Part shown: piece by piece, positions 22,230 through 33,153 of the stretch
Position numbering within the stretch: the stretch's first letter is position 1
Layout: each line of letters starts with the position of its first letter
DNA from: Selaginella moellendorffii
Taxonomy: Eukaryota; Plantae; Lycopodiophyta
Length of the DNA stretch: 64,000 bases
NCBI RefSeq assembly: GCF_000143415.4
Contig: NW_003314279.1
Coordinates: 1,226,091 to 1,290,090 of the forward strand
Direction of reading: 5' to 3'
Made by a program: the position numbers and the translations under genes
The notes under the pieces: model-generated
The model's input: only the letters and a program-made list of their open reading frames with translations
The model's database searches: none
What the model was told of the DNA's origin: nothing

Positions 22230-22404
22230 TGTGAGTGCATGGAATATAGAAAGGGAATACAGAAATGTGCATATCAATTAGCCCAAAAACTCTAGTTTAT
22301 ATATAGGAGCGAGTGGTTCGGATTGAAACCAATCTGACGGCTACCAAAATCCCACTACGCTAATATTAGTATACGGCATTGTAATTGTACATTTGGCCCT
22401 CACT
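22230..22404 (-). repeat. 5' LTR of outer Ty3/gypsy
   Basis: Matches 2111-2285. Confidence 0.92.
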
Positions 22405-22526
22405 TCTTCATTTTACACATTTTTATTCATATTTGAGTAAAACATTTAATCTCTTATAATTTTTTTTCTGACAAAGTTGTATTTTATCATAAACTTTTCT
22501 AATAATAAATATCCACTCCTTCAGCA

Positions 22527-22612
22527 GCCTCCTTGTCGAGGCATATGGGAAATGCGGCTACCTAGCGCCTGTTTGAGTCCATTGCTCGTCTTCTCTTGGA
22601 ACATGATGATCA
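22527..22612 (+). pseudogene. Deleted fragment duplicating the 5' part of the adjacent PPR gene
   Basis: CCTCCTTGTCGAGGCATATGGGAAATGCGGCTACCT... matches 22889-22992 with small deletions. Confidence 0.7.
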
Positions 22613-22695
22613 TACATCATCAAATGTGGAGACATGATCGGTGCCACCTGAACTGGCCCGGAGTTATACATATGCCAACATGATCAGGAGCTCCA

Positions 22696-24402
22696 ATGAT
22701 TTTCTCTCGGGTGTTGCTTAGATCCGATCTAGCACACCTACATTGTCAATCCAAACAAGAGCATGTCTCTGCTCTCGCTTGCAAGCTCAGATCCTGCGCT
22801 CTTAACAAGGATCTCGACAAAACAAGGCATCTCCATAGGCAAATCCTCTCCGGCTCCTATGCAACGCACGACCGACGCTACCTCATGAACCTCCTTGTCG
22901 ATGCGTATGGGAAATGCGGCTACCTGGGCGAGGCTTGTGCCGTGTTTGAATCCATTGCTCCCCGCAATATCTTCTCCTGGAACACGATGATGTGGGCGTG
23001 TGCCCAAAACGGAAAATTAGACAGCGCTACAACACTTTTCGAAATCATCCCCGAGAGAGATCTCGTTGCATGGACCTCGCTCTTACAAGGTTACTTCCTA
23101 GTCGGAAGCCTTGTTCAAGCTCGATTACTCTTTGATTTAATTCCAGAGAAGAGCGTGGTGGCGTGGACTGCCATAGTTTCTGCATATGCCAAGGTTGGGC
23201 ATATTGACAAAGCACAGAGCGTGTTTGCGTTGATGCCACAGAACACACTTTTGGGCTGGACTGCGATTATCACCGCCCTTGGATCAAAGTCCATGGTAGG
23301 CGAGCTCAAACTGGTCTTTGATCAAATGCCCGAGCGAGATGTGGTGGTCTGGACCGCGCTCGTCCAGGCTTATGCTCAGAATGGGCATGTCGTCCGCAAA
23401 GCAAGGGAGGTTTTTGATCGAATGCCGTGCAGGAATTGTTTATCGTGGAATGCGATGCTGGCCGTCTACGCTGAGACTGGAGAGCTTGAGCTGGCAAAGA
23501 AAACCTTTGATCTGGTCCCAGAGCCGGACGTGGTTTCTTGGACCTCAATCACACAGGCCTACATTCGCCGCGGCCTATTCGATGACGCTCAAGAGTTGTT
23601 TGATCGAATCCCAGGCAAGAACACTGTGTCGTGGAATGCAATGGTGCAGGCGTATGCCCAGGCCGGGCATGTCTCCAAAGCTGTAAATATCTTCCACGCC
23701 ACCTTTAGGAAGAATGTCATTTCCTGGAACTCGGTGGTGCTCGCGTATGTGGGTCGAAAGAAGATGGTCGAGGCAAAGTCGTTGTTCGATCGCATGCCCG
23801 GCCACACCGTCGTCTCCTTGACAATTGTCGCAGTGGGGTATGCCCACGCCGGGCATACGACGAGTGCCAAGGAAACGTTTGAGTCCATGCCCAGCAGAGA
23901 CGTGCCATCATGGAACGCGATGGTGTCCGCGTATGCTCGAGCCGGGCATAGCAGCGTCGCCTTGGAAGCATTGAGGCTCATGGCGCTCGACGGTGTCAGG
24001 CCCGACGATCTCACCTTTGTTGCCATTCTCACGGGCTGTAGCCACGAAGGGAAGCTCCAGCAGGGGCGCGAGAGCTTCCGGGAGATGATCGACGTGCACG
24101 GGATCAAGCCTCTGCTTGCTCACTACGATTGCATGGTCGACATTCTGGGACGCTCCAAGTTTTTAGCTGAGGCGGAGGAGCTCATCGACAGCATGCCGTT
24201 TCTGCCTGACTCGGCTGCGATGAGCTCGCTGCTGAGTGCTTGCAAGCTTCATGGAGATCTCGATCGAGGGGAGCGAATCGCAAAGAAGATGGCGGCGGTG
24301 GATGAAGACCAGTTCGCTGATTATGGTTGTGGCTATCTCTTACTCTCAAGTATGTCAGCCGAGTGTGCTAATCGTGAGCCGCAAATGAAAGTGAAGGAAT
24401 GA
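22696..24402 (+). CDS. PLS-class pentatricopeptide repeat protein with E domain (probable organellar RNA editing factor)
   Basis: Repeated ERD(L/V)VxWT.../ F++MP motifs; HYDCMVDILGRS..EAEELIDSMPFLPD...LLSACKLHGD; intronless. Confidence 0.93.
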   Translation: MIFSRVLLRSDLAHLHCQSKQEHVSALACKLRSCALNKDLDKTRHLHRQILSGSYATHDRRYLMNLLVDAYGKCGYLGEACAVFESIAPRNIFSWNTMMWACAQNGKLDSATTLFEIIPERDLVAWTSLLQGYFLVGSLVQARLLFDLIPEKSVVAWTAIVSAYAKVGHIDKAQSVFALMPQNTLLGWTAIITALGSKSMVGELKLVFDQMPERDVVVWTALVQAYAQNGHVVRKAREVFDRMPCRNCLSWNAMLAVYAETGELELAKKTFDLVPEPDVVSWTSITQAYIRRGLFDDAQELFDRIPGKNTVSWNAMVQAYAQAGHVSKAVNIFHATFRKNVISWNSVVLAYVGRKKMVEAKSLFDRMPGHTVVSLTIVAVGYAHAGHTTSAKETFESMPSRDVPSWNAMVSAYARAGHSSVALEALRLMALDGVRPDDLTFVAILTGCSHEGKLQQGRESFREMIDVHGIKPLLAHYDCMVDILGRSKFLAEAEELIDSMPFLPDSAAMSSLLSACKLHGDLDRGERIAKKMAAVDEDQFADYGCGYLLLSSMSAECANREPQMKVKE

Positions 24403-24454
24403 TTCATGCTGATCTTGAGAAACAAACAAACGGCGAGCTGAGCACTCACAAAAT

Positions 24455-24810
24455 TATTGTTTCCTGCTCACCGCCTGCAAGGAAGGGAATCAAGACTGAG
24501 CGCTCTAGTCCTGCAGTAATTCTCAGTCACTCCGTAAATGTGGTACTCAGCATACCGGACTGGATCTTGAGTCAGTCCCTTGAGGAACTCGGCCAGACGC
24601 CCCACGCTGCTAAACTCGCTGGCCAGGATGGGAGACACGAAGTCCACGACGTTGGGAGCTCCAAAGTATATGGGGACCATCCTGGTGTCGAGAGATTTTC
24701 CGTGATGTAGCTCTCGGTTCTCGTGTTCTCGATCACCAAGGTGTAGCGGGACATCGCGTCGCTATCCCCGACATTGTTCAGGCATTTTTCAAATGAGTGG
24801 TGGCTGACAA
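24455..24810 (-). pseudogene. Deleted fragment of the alpha-1,4-fucosyltransferase 3' exon (paralog of 33154-34614)
   Basis: PIYFGAPNVVDFV, DPVRYAEYH, IENTRTESYITE; colinear with 33160-33620 but with many deletions. Confidence 0.88.
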
Positions 24811-26799
24811 TTTGCTCGCGAGCATTCCACAGTCTTCGGTGCTTCTTTTGAACATTTACTAAGCACTGGTGAACACTTCCTAATAAAATCTCAATTTTTG
24901 ATTATTCAGATTTTTTATGCTTCAGGAACAAAATTCCCCAGAAGCTTTGCCAGAATCGAGAGCATCACATGCTCTCCCACCTCAAAACACGTCAGCCACG
25001 CTTCCGCCGCTGCCAAATTCCTCCATTTATATTCTGATGAAGTATAGCTTAAACTGCAATAAGCTAACTGGCTGTTTGTAACAGCTAATCCTCTTCCATC
25101 TACCAGCCAAAATTTTAGATGTCTCGAATGCAAGCACATATGAGATACAAAGAAATTATTAGCTTACATTTTATGCTAATCATTTTAAGCAGAATGATGG
25201 AGTGGAGAAAAAAACAGGAAATTAATAAAGAAGAAAACTGAAACACAACATGAGCAAGACTGCAGGTTTGACTGCAATCTAGCTATGTTGAAAACCTTAT
25301 CTCATTTCTATAGATGTTGAACTTATTTGAGATGTAATTGATTCTCACTCGGCAAGGATACAGAACCTTCAACGTTGTAGTGTTGCACTCCCTTATCTTG
25401 CCCAAGAAACAAATGCAAAACTGGACTAAGAGTTTCCCAATCACCACCATTTCTAGGCGAATCCAGAACTATCATGTTGACCAGAATCCTAACCTCAGCT
25501 TGCGCACAGTTGCTGACCTAATGCAAAAGGCCAGCAAGCTTCTTGGTCAGCCATAGTGGTGATAGCTTCCTTCAAATGTGACCAAGGCGAAACGGCTGCT
25601 TCTTTCTGAGTCCACAAATCCAGCTATGACCTAGGTTCTTTGCATGCTGAGAGTGGAATTCCCCATTTCAAGAGATAAAGGCTCCCGAATAATCCATGCC
25701 ACCTTCTTCAACCATTACAAGAAGAGCTTAAGAATGGTAAGAACATAGACGGATTCCTACCTGGGGATAAGAAATTGCTCTATTCTGCCAATTTTTGCCA
25801 GGTCAAAACCTTACCATCGAGATCAAGAATGAGAGTCACTTGCCCTTGCTCTATAGCACGTGCTTGATTGCCACCAAGAAGCCAAACCTGCATTGGTTCA
25901 AAGAGAATCGCTAATATCTCTAAAAGAACTCTTTCCACAAACCTGGGTGGCAAGAGGAATTGGATGGACAGAATCACCCAGGCAACCATTGTGACAAAGC
26001 TGGAGCATGCTTACTGGTGAGCTCTATAAGTCTTTGAAACAAAAACAAAAGTCAGTACTCATAGGGACAGACAGGCAGGGTGCCAAGAAGATCTTGGATC
26101 TTGATCTACATGGCAGAAAACTTCAATGACAATAGCATTGAGAAAAGGCCACCATCGCAGTAGAGAAAGCCATAGCTTCCACCACTGCCAAGCTCATAAC
26201 ACTATACAATATGTAAAAGTATGGAAAATACCTGTCAAAGTGATGTTCATGTCTTCTTTCCCAAGGTTTAGGCAGCTTTTAGTTTGAGATAATTTGCTCC
26301 AATTGGGAATAGGTATCATGCTTCCATTTTGTGGAAGAAAAAAAAATCTCACCATAAGTTTTTCCTTTGTTATCCAGCAGGAAAAGAAAAACAAATGCAA
26401 ACTAAACATCAGATAACACAATGATTAGTACTATCAGTTTTAGCACTATATTTACCTTTGCTAACCATGCAGCAAACAAAACCATGATGCTCAAGTCTCA
26501 AAGCTATTCCAATCATCTGGTACTCACACACATAGGCAGTTGAGGCAAGATCTTTCTTTCACACTTTCTTCACACTAAAACTTTCAACTTATCCAAGTCT
26601 CTGTGACATAAAACTCTTGGCCAATGTATGTCTTTTTGGCTCAGATTTAAAGTTTTTTGAAGACTTCACCTTGCCAACCCACAAGCTTTTTGCTGGGCAA
26701 TTTCTAGTTTTCTTCTAAGAAAGAGTCGGCTTTAACTTTAACAATCAACTGTAAATGCAGCCGCCAACGCGGTGTTTGGCTTCGTCCACGACTATCTGG

Positions 26800-27165
26800 G
26801 CCTCAACACCATCAGCCTCGCCATGGCAGTACGCCTCCACGAACCCCGCGGCTAGCAGGGGCACGCCACCGCCAGTGGTAAACACCGTCGTCGACACTGC
26901 CACGGTCGCGCCGGCGCGTCCATGTCAATTCTCCCGCACCCCCGGCGGCGTGCTGCCGCCCCTCCCTCTCTATCTCGGCTCGTGGTCGCGCTGCGAGGAC
27001 ACGACAGGAACTCTCCCACTGCCATACTGCACGCGCCGGCGATGAGGCCCGCGATGCCCGAGATGACGCTCGTTAATGTTCCTGGCACTCACGCCCAGAT
27101 GCTATTGAGACTAGGCAGTCGTTGGCACCCAGGACGAGAGCCCGCAGCTGAGCGACGGGGAGGCT
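26800..27165 (-). pseudogene. Vacuolar iron transporter (VIT/CCC1, nodulin-21) pseudogene fragment
   Basis: AQLRALVLGANDCLVSIAS and SGIAGLIAGACSMAVGEFLS motifs in different frames. Confidence 0.8.
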
Positions 27166-27453
27166 GCTCCAGCACTCTTTGGCCGCTTCTCCATGTCCCT
27201 CGGTTTGTTGCTCTGCTGCTTCATTTCCCAGCTTGGGCGACTTTACTGCCTCGTGATGTGACCCTGGAACCGTGGAATCACATGATCCAGCTTCTAAAAT
27301 ACCCGACAATTCCTGAAACCGCAAATTAAAACATAAAACGATGATTAAACATGTCTTATGCACTGTCCAAGTTGAGTATTATCTGGGAGAAGAAATCTGA
27401 GGCAAAAAAAGAAATAAATGTGAATACCTTGGTCTCATCCGAACGCGTGGGCC

Positions 27454-29370
27454 TTATGTTGTAACACAGTTCCACTGTTTGGTTTCTACGAGGGAAGCTT
27501 TGTCTCCGTCTCTGTCTCGTCCAAATCGACGCAGTTCGTTACGGCACTTCCTCCGAGTCTTACGTTTATGCTCCTCCTTGTCGTCTGGGAGCATCATTCC
27601 CAGGACGTTAGACGCTGGTCCAGGCAGGCCTTGCTGCGATGAGTACGAGTCGAGCAGGTTCTTAAGCAGGTTGAGGTCTACGTCCACGGGCAAGTTGTCA
27701 TCTTCGGTAGCGGTAGCAGAAGTAGATGCTGACCCAGAAGCGCGAGACACGTCAGGTTGAGCAAATGTTTTGGAGACGCTCGAGTTTTTAAGTTCGTGTT
27801 GGATAGCGTCGGAGTACTCCTCCATAAAATCATCCTCACCTTTCGAAAGGTCTTCATCTTCGTCGTCTGAGTTTTCAAACGGAAAACAATTTAGAGCTTG
27901 CATATTGAGAGGAGAGAAAACGAATACCTTCACCCGAATCTGAATCTGAGGAGCCCGACTGTAAGTCCCCGGTGTTTTGAGCTCTTGCATAAAATTTTCC
28001 AAATCCATAGACACAGGCTCGTCATCTGTCAGAGTTGATGGTTAGCAAAAGTCCAAAACAAGATCACAAAATATGTCTTACTCTTTGGTACCTCGGCACC
28101 CTCAAAACTTGAGATTTTGTCCACAAATGACTTCATTGTCTTGGTCATTTCGCTGGGATCAAACTCGCCTTCGACAACAGGTGCCAGAGTTTTAGCACCA
28201 CTTATCTTATCGTGAGCGTCCATTTCCTTCTGTCTCTCCTGCATGGCACTTGTTAGCTCATCTTCACCTCTATATAACCACGAGTCATCGTCACTTTCCG
28301 GGATATCCACATTCATGAAATCCTCGGCTTTATGCTCCAAAGCCAAAATTTCGTCAATTCGTTTCGCAAGGACTTGCATTGCTTCTCTGGAAAAACGAAG
28401 AAAACTTTTAAAAAATTAACTTCCCGTCAACCTTTACCTTATTCTTGAAAACGTTTCAGTCTCTCGGTAGCTGGCAAAGGCAGCGTCCAAAAGCTGGCGG
28501 TGTTCTTTCGATCCTTCAAGAAGATCTTTAAAGTAACCTCTAGCCTCCAGGCCCTTTCGAAATGTTTTGCCTTGGAAAACCTGCTGCTTGAGCTGAGCGT
28601 ACATAGCCTTGGACAAGCAAACCGCCACGGTGACTATCTCATCCTGCCCTCCACGTAAAAACTTCTCCATCCTCGAGGCCGCAGCCATTGCATCGTGATC
28701 GCGAGTGTAAAACGCCTCCACCGCCAGAGCAACCAGCTGTGGCTCGTGCTTGAGCACCTGCGCTACGCTCAAAGAACCTTGCATCTCACTCTGTGCATGT
28801 TCTTCCGCGACCGCTCGGGATATCCTTCCAACTTTCGGCCGATTGCTGCCTGGACACCCTCGGAAGCTCTAGTGTCGACGCTTCCGCTGGAAAGAACTCT
28901 CACGGCCTCTGCCAGCGTTGGATTTGCTAGAGAAAGGCCAACGTGAGCCGGAGAGGTGGGCAGTGGAAGAATGTGAAGTGACCCCTGGCTGATGAACACC
29001 CTGTTCTGGCTGTTCTCTGGTTTCAACCATCTTGGTATCGCGTACGCTGCCTCTATGAGCAAAAACTCCCCATCAGAGTCCCACACCCTGATATACACCC
29101 CCGGAATCCTCCAAGAAATCTCGTAGAGCAAGTAAACCACGAACCACTCATCCTCCAGATTATGCCCATACCTCGTTCTTCCATAGACAAGCGGCAGCCC
29201 GGGATCGCAACGAGCCGCCGGCTCCTCCTCACCGGAAAATGCCGGCTCCCTGTGCGATGGAGCGCTATCTGCAAATCGAATTGCGCGTGCTGCCAGATGT
29301 ATCCACGGACAAGCGGCGACGCTACAGCTAGGCAATCGTCGCGGAGGCGGTGGAGCTGGATCAAAGCATC
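27454..29370 (-). pseudogene. ECD: Ecdysoneless/SGT1 homolog, frameshifted (probable pseudogene)
   Basis: YIWQH, YGHNLEDEWFVVYLL..DSDGEFLLIEAA..PRWLKPENSQNRVF, AVEAFYTRD, DDDSWL, VDLNLLKNLLDSYSSQQGLPGPASN; frame breaks near 29.2 kb and 28770. Confidence 0.85.
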
Positions 29371-29529
29371 GCCGTCGTCGGCACAAACCCTACCTAAACC
29401 CTAGCTGCTTAGTGAAAAGGGTGATTCCACAAAAAGAAAAAAATGTGAAAAGCTTTATTTGTTTATTGGTAAACAAAGTTACGCGGCAACAAAGTGTCAA
29501 AGTACATGTTCTCTTTGGTAAATTTCTCC

Positions 29530-30200
29530 ATTCTCGCCCAACTCGACGCGGTTCGTCACGTCACTTCCTCCGCGTCATACGTTATGCTCCTCCTTGTCGT
29601 CCATTCCCATCATTCCCAGACTGGTCCTGCTGCGATGAGTACGAGTCGAGCAAGTTCTTAAGCAGGTTCATGTCCACGTCCACGGGCAAGTATTCGTCTC
29701 CGGTAGCAGTAGCAGATGCTGACCCAGCGAATGTTTTGGAGGCGCTCGAGTTTTTCAGAGAGCGTTTCGAAAGGTCTTCATCTTTGTCGTCTCAGTTTTC
29801 AAAATAAAAAAGAATGAAGACTTGCAAACTGAGAGGAGAGAAAACGAATAATTTCACGTCAATCTTCGCCAAAACGTTTCAGTCTCTCGGTAGCGTCCAA
29901 AAGCGGGCGGTGTTCTTTAAGAGATTGTTTAACCTCCAGCCTCCAGGCCCTTTCGAACCTGTCAATTGGAGCGTTCCCAATACATCATCTCGAAACCGCA
30001 GGCCCCACTCTCCTCGCGAGTAAAAAGACTCCACCGCCAGGCGGGGAGGTGAGCGGCGGACACACCCTGTTCCGGATGTTCTCTGGTTTCAACCATCTTG
30101 GTATCTGAGCAAAAACTCCCCGTCATCAGCCACCCATGATATACACGTCTCGTAGAGCAAGTAAACCACGAACCATTCATCCTCCAGATTATGCCCAGGC
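29530..30200 (-). pseudogene. ECD: Second, heavily deleted copy of the ECD gene
   Basis: Colinear patches matching 27520-29170 (GHNLEDEWFVVYLLYE, DGEFLL, NLLKNLLDSYSSQQ) condensed to ~670 bp. Confidence 0.88.
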
Positions 30201-30263
30201 AGCAGCCGCGCCCATACTAAAACCCAAAACCCAGCAAAGAACGCCAAACCCTTGAAAATGTTG

Positions 30264-32150
30264 ATGCGGCTGAAAAGCGCGACTAGGAGTAGGAGCGGCA
30301 TCCTCACAGCAAGCGCGAGCATCCGCAGCGAATGCAGGAATGTCTCTCAGGTGAGCAAACCACCCACCCAGGAAGCCTACAAAGAGTTTGGAGAGTTTCT
30401 GTGGATGGTGATGCTCCGCCTAGACAACCGTGTCCTCGGCCAAGCCTTTAAGGTGCTGGGCAACTCTGATATTACCACCGACTGCTTCGAGGGGTATCTC
30501 CTGCATCACAGCCTCAAGTACACCGAAATTGTGGGCGGCCAATTCCCCCGTCTTGAAAAACCACTCGGGTTTGACGACATAGGCGACTACCCCGTCCCAT
30601 ATACACACATGATCAAGCTCGTGGACGACGTCTGGGAGGATGCAAAGCGGGACTCGCGTGGAGAGCCCCCCTTACATTACTGCACACGTGAAGAAACACG
30701 CCTCGTCCACGACTTTTGCCGGACTCTTGCCTGCCGAGCCGAGAAGGAAGTCTTCTCCGGGGAGCCAAACGTGCACGAGTTGCAGGAGCAGGCGCGTCTG
30801 TTTGGCGCTAAGTGCTGGACCAGGTTCTTAGGTCTGCACTCCAGCAACCTCACCATTCTGATCGAGGAGCAATCTAGCTCATATGCTACACCAGTCGTTC
30901 CATGCACTGATTTCTTCTCCAACGCTTCCTTGACGAAGTGTGCCAGGAGCCTCGAGTTGGCGCAGGAGGTGGCTGATGCCGGGGGGCTGCCGCAGTTCCC
31001 TGATCACGGCGGTCTAGTTGCTCTCTACAACTTTGAGAAGAAACATGCTTACCAGCTGTTGCTAAACTGCCTCAAGCACATTGATAAAGGTATGGCTTTG
31101 ATCCTGCCTGGAGTTTTTTATTTCTTTTTCTCTCTGGCGTGCAGGATATGACGAGCGCAAGCTATTGTGGTCGTCCTTCGAGAACCAGCATTTCTACACT
31201 GTCGATGTGCAAGTGCCGGGTAAGTCAACTGCAGACGACGTTATCTCATGTTTTTTTTTTCTCTTGCGTACTACTGTACAGGTCTCTCGTCGCTGGATCA
31301 AGTGCATGTTGAAAAACATGGACGGGGTGTACTTGTTTCCACGGAGATGGACGTTTACCGCCCCGAGAAGCTTGTTGTTCCTCCTTACGCCAACGTCGAC
31401 GGTTTAATAGCTAATCTGCAGGATGAGATTCTCACCATTCGCCTTCCCAAGGGGGCCGCTGCGCTCGAAGGGACAACCTCGACAGTGCCAATTGAGGACC
31501 GTGACGAGGCCGAGCTGGACACGAGTATTTTGTTTTTTTTTCTTTTACCTCTACTAATTTCTTTTCCTTTTCTGCTGCAGCCACGAGCAAACGTCTCCAG
31601 GCAGCTATTGTAGATGACAAGCATCACCACATTCTTCGTGTCGAAGCTCCAGGTATGTCCCTGAAAACTTTCACGTTTTCTCAATAGCTTTCTGTGCAGG
31701 CGTGTCGCGAGAGGAAGTGATTGTGGACAATACAGGGCCGGAACTCGTCGTTAAGACCACTGCCAACGTCTTCCAGCAAACAAAGTTTAAGCTTCCCTCC
31801 AGTGCTGACGTGAAGCAGGCGAGAGCGTCTTTCTGGAACGGCTTGCTTAACATTCGCGTTCCCAAGAGTGCAACGGACACTCGCGAGCTGGACACGAGTA
31901 TATTGTGTTATTTGTTTTTACCTCTACTAATTCCATTTCGTTCTTTGCTGCAGCCACGAGCAAACGTCTCAAGGCAGCTATTGCAAGCATCACCACATCT
32001 TTTGTGTCGAAGTTCCAGGTATGTCCCTGGAAACTTTCATGTTTTCTCAATAGCTTTTGCTTTGCGACCATGCAGGCTTGTCGCAAGAGGCTTGTCGCGA
32101 GAGGAAGTGATTGTGCCACATAACGTCTTCCAGCAAAGGAAGTTTAAGTT
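30264..32150 (+). CDS. Multi-exon gene: unidentified N-terminal domain plus tandem HSP20/alpha-crystallin-like domains (last repeat degenerate)
   Basis: VDVQVPG...VPPYANVDGLIANLQDEILTIRLPK and LRVEAPG...FKLPSSADVKQARASFWNGLLNIRVPK; ~373-bp exon-intron block repeated at 31511 and 31884. Confidence 0.68.
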
Positions 32151-33153
32151 GACCGTCTCTCCGGGTGGCTTACCATTTGCACTAGGAGCAAGTTTGTTAT
32201 GTATTACAACTTCGCACCATATCCATGTTTAGAGATTTATTTTTATAAAGGTTTAGTTCTAATAAAATTCTAAGAGTAAAATTATTCTATTTCTTTTCGT
32301 TGAGAAAATACTTAATTTAACACAATAAAAGTATAAGATAATAACACTTTGATTGAGTGAGGATTCAAAACATGTAAGATACATTGATGGAAAGCAATTG
32401 TTTTAAAACAGCTTAGAATATGCTTAAAATACTTTTTTATATAGCTACAATATTTAAATCAATTTTGTAGTTTAGCTATTCACAAACCATCCAATGATAT
32501 AATCAGGCATATTCTAGGATGGTAAGGTTAAAACATTTCTTGGTGAATTTTCGTGACCTATGGGAGATTTAAGCATTTACTTATCAATGGTTGAACAACC
32601 TATCATTTCAATGGGACCCATCAGTCTGTGCCTCGAGCAAAAGCATTTCTTTTATTAACTCCCTGAGACAGTGAATATTATGTGTCATATAGGTATCAAT
32701 ATGGCATCTGGCCGAAGGCTGGTATTATATCATATTTTGCTTATAAAAGCCACAGCATCTCTGAACCCTCAATCACAAAACACATACACTACTTCGGAAG
32801 CAATATGTGAATGAGAATATATTTTACTTTTAATTTCTTGATTGTTTCAAGAGTACTTCAGTTTTTTCTTATAATCTGAAGTTTAGGAGAAGTTAATGGA
32901 TAAATAAATCTTACTTACAATTATGATTAAATAGTTATGCCTGGTTATTATAGGAATTTTTTTTTTACCAATAATAGAATCTTAGAACCATCAACACTCC
33001 CAACTAAAAGAGATCTCAGTGTTCAGATGAAGTGGAGTTCGCATTGCCAATTATAGTTGTGTATCTCTTAATATCCAGTATGTCAACCGACAAAGAAGAT
33101 TCATGATACAAACCGATCTTGTGCTGAGCAGACACAAAAATGATTGTTTCAGT

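Larger units (their letters stand above)
2111..22404 (-). mobile_element. Outer Ty3/gypsy LTR retrotransposon (non-chromovirus, ~5.15 kb native), degenerate, interrupted by a Sola DNA transposon
   Basis: 175-bp direct repeats at 2111-2285 and 22230-22404 (TG...CA/CT, ~14 mismatches), flanked by TCTT on both sides. Gag, PR and RT on the minus strand at 19.5-22.0 kb; RNase H and integrase at 2.3-4.35 kb. PBS and PPT in the expected places; no chromodomain after the integrase. Confidence 0.93.
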
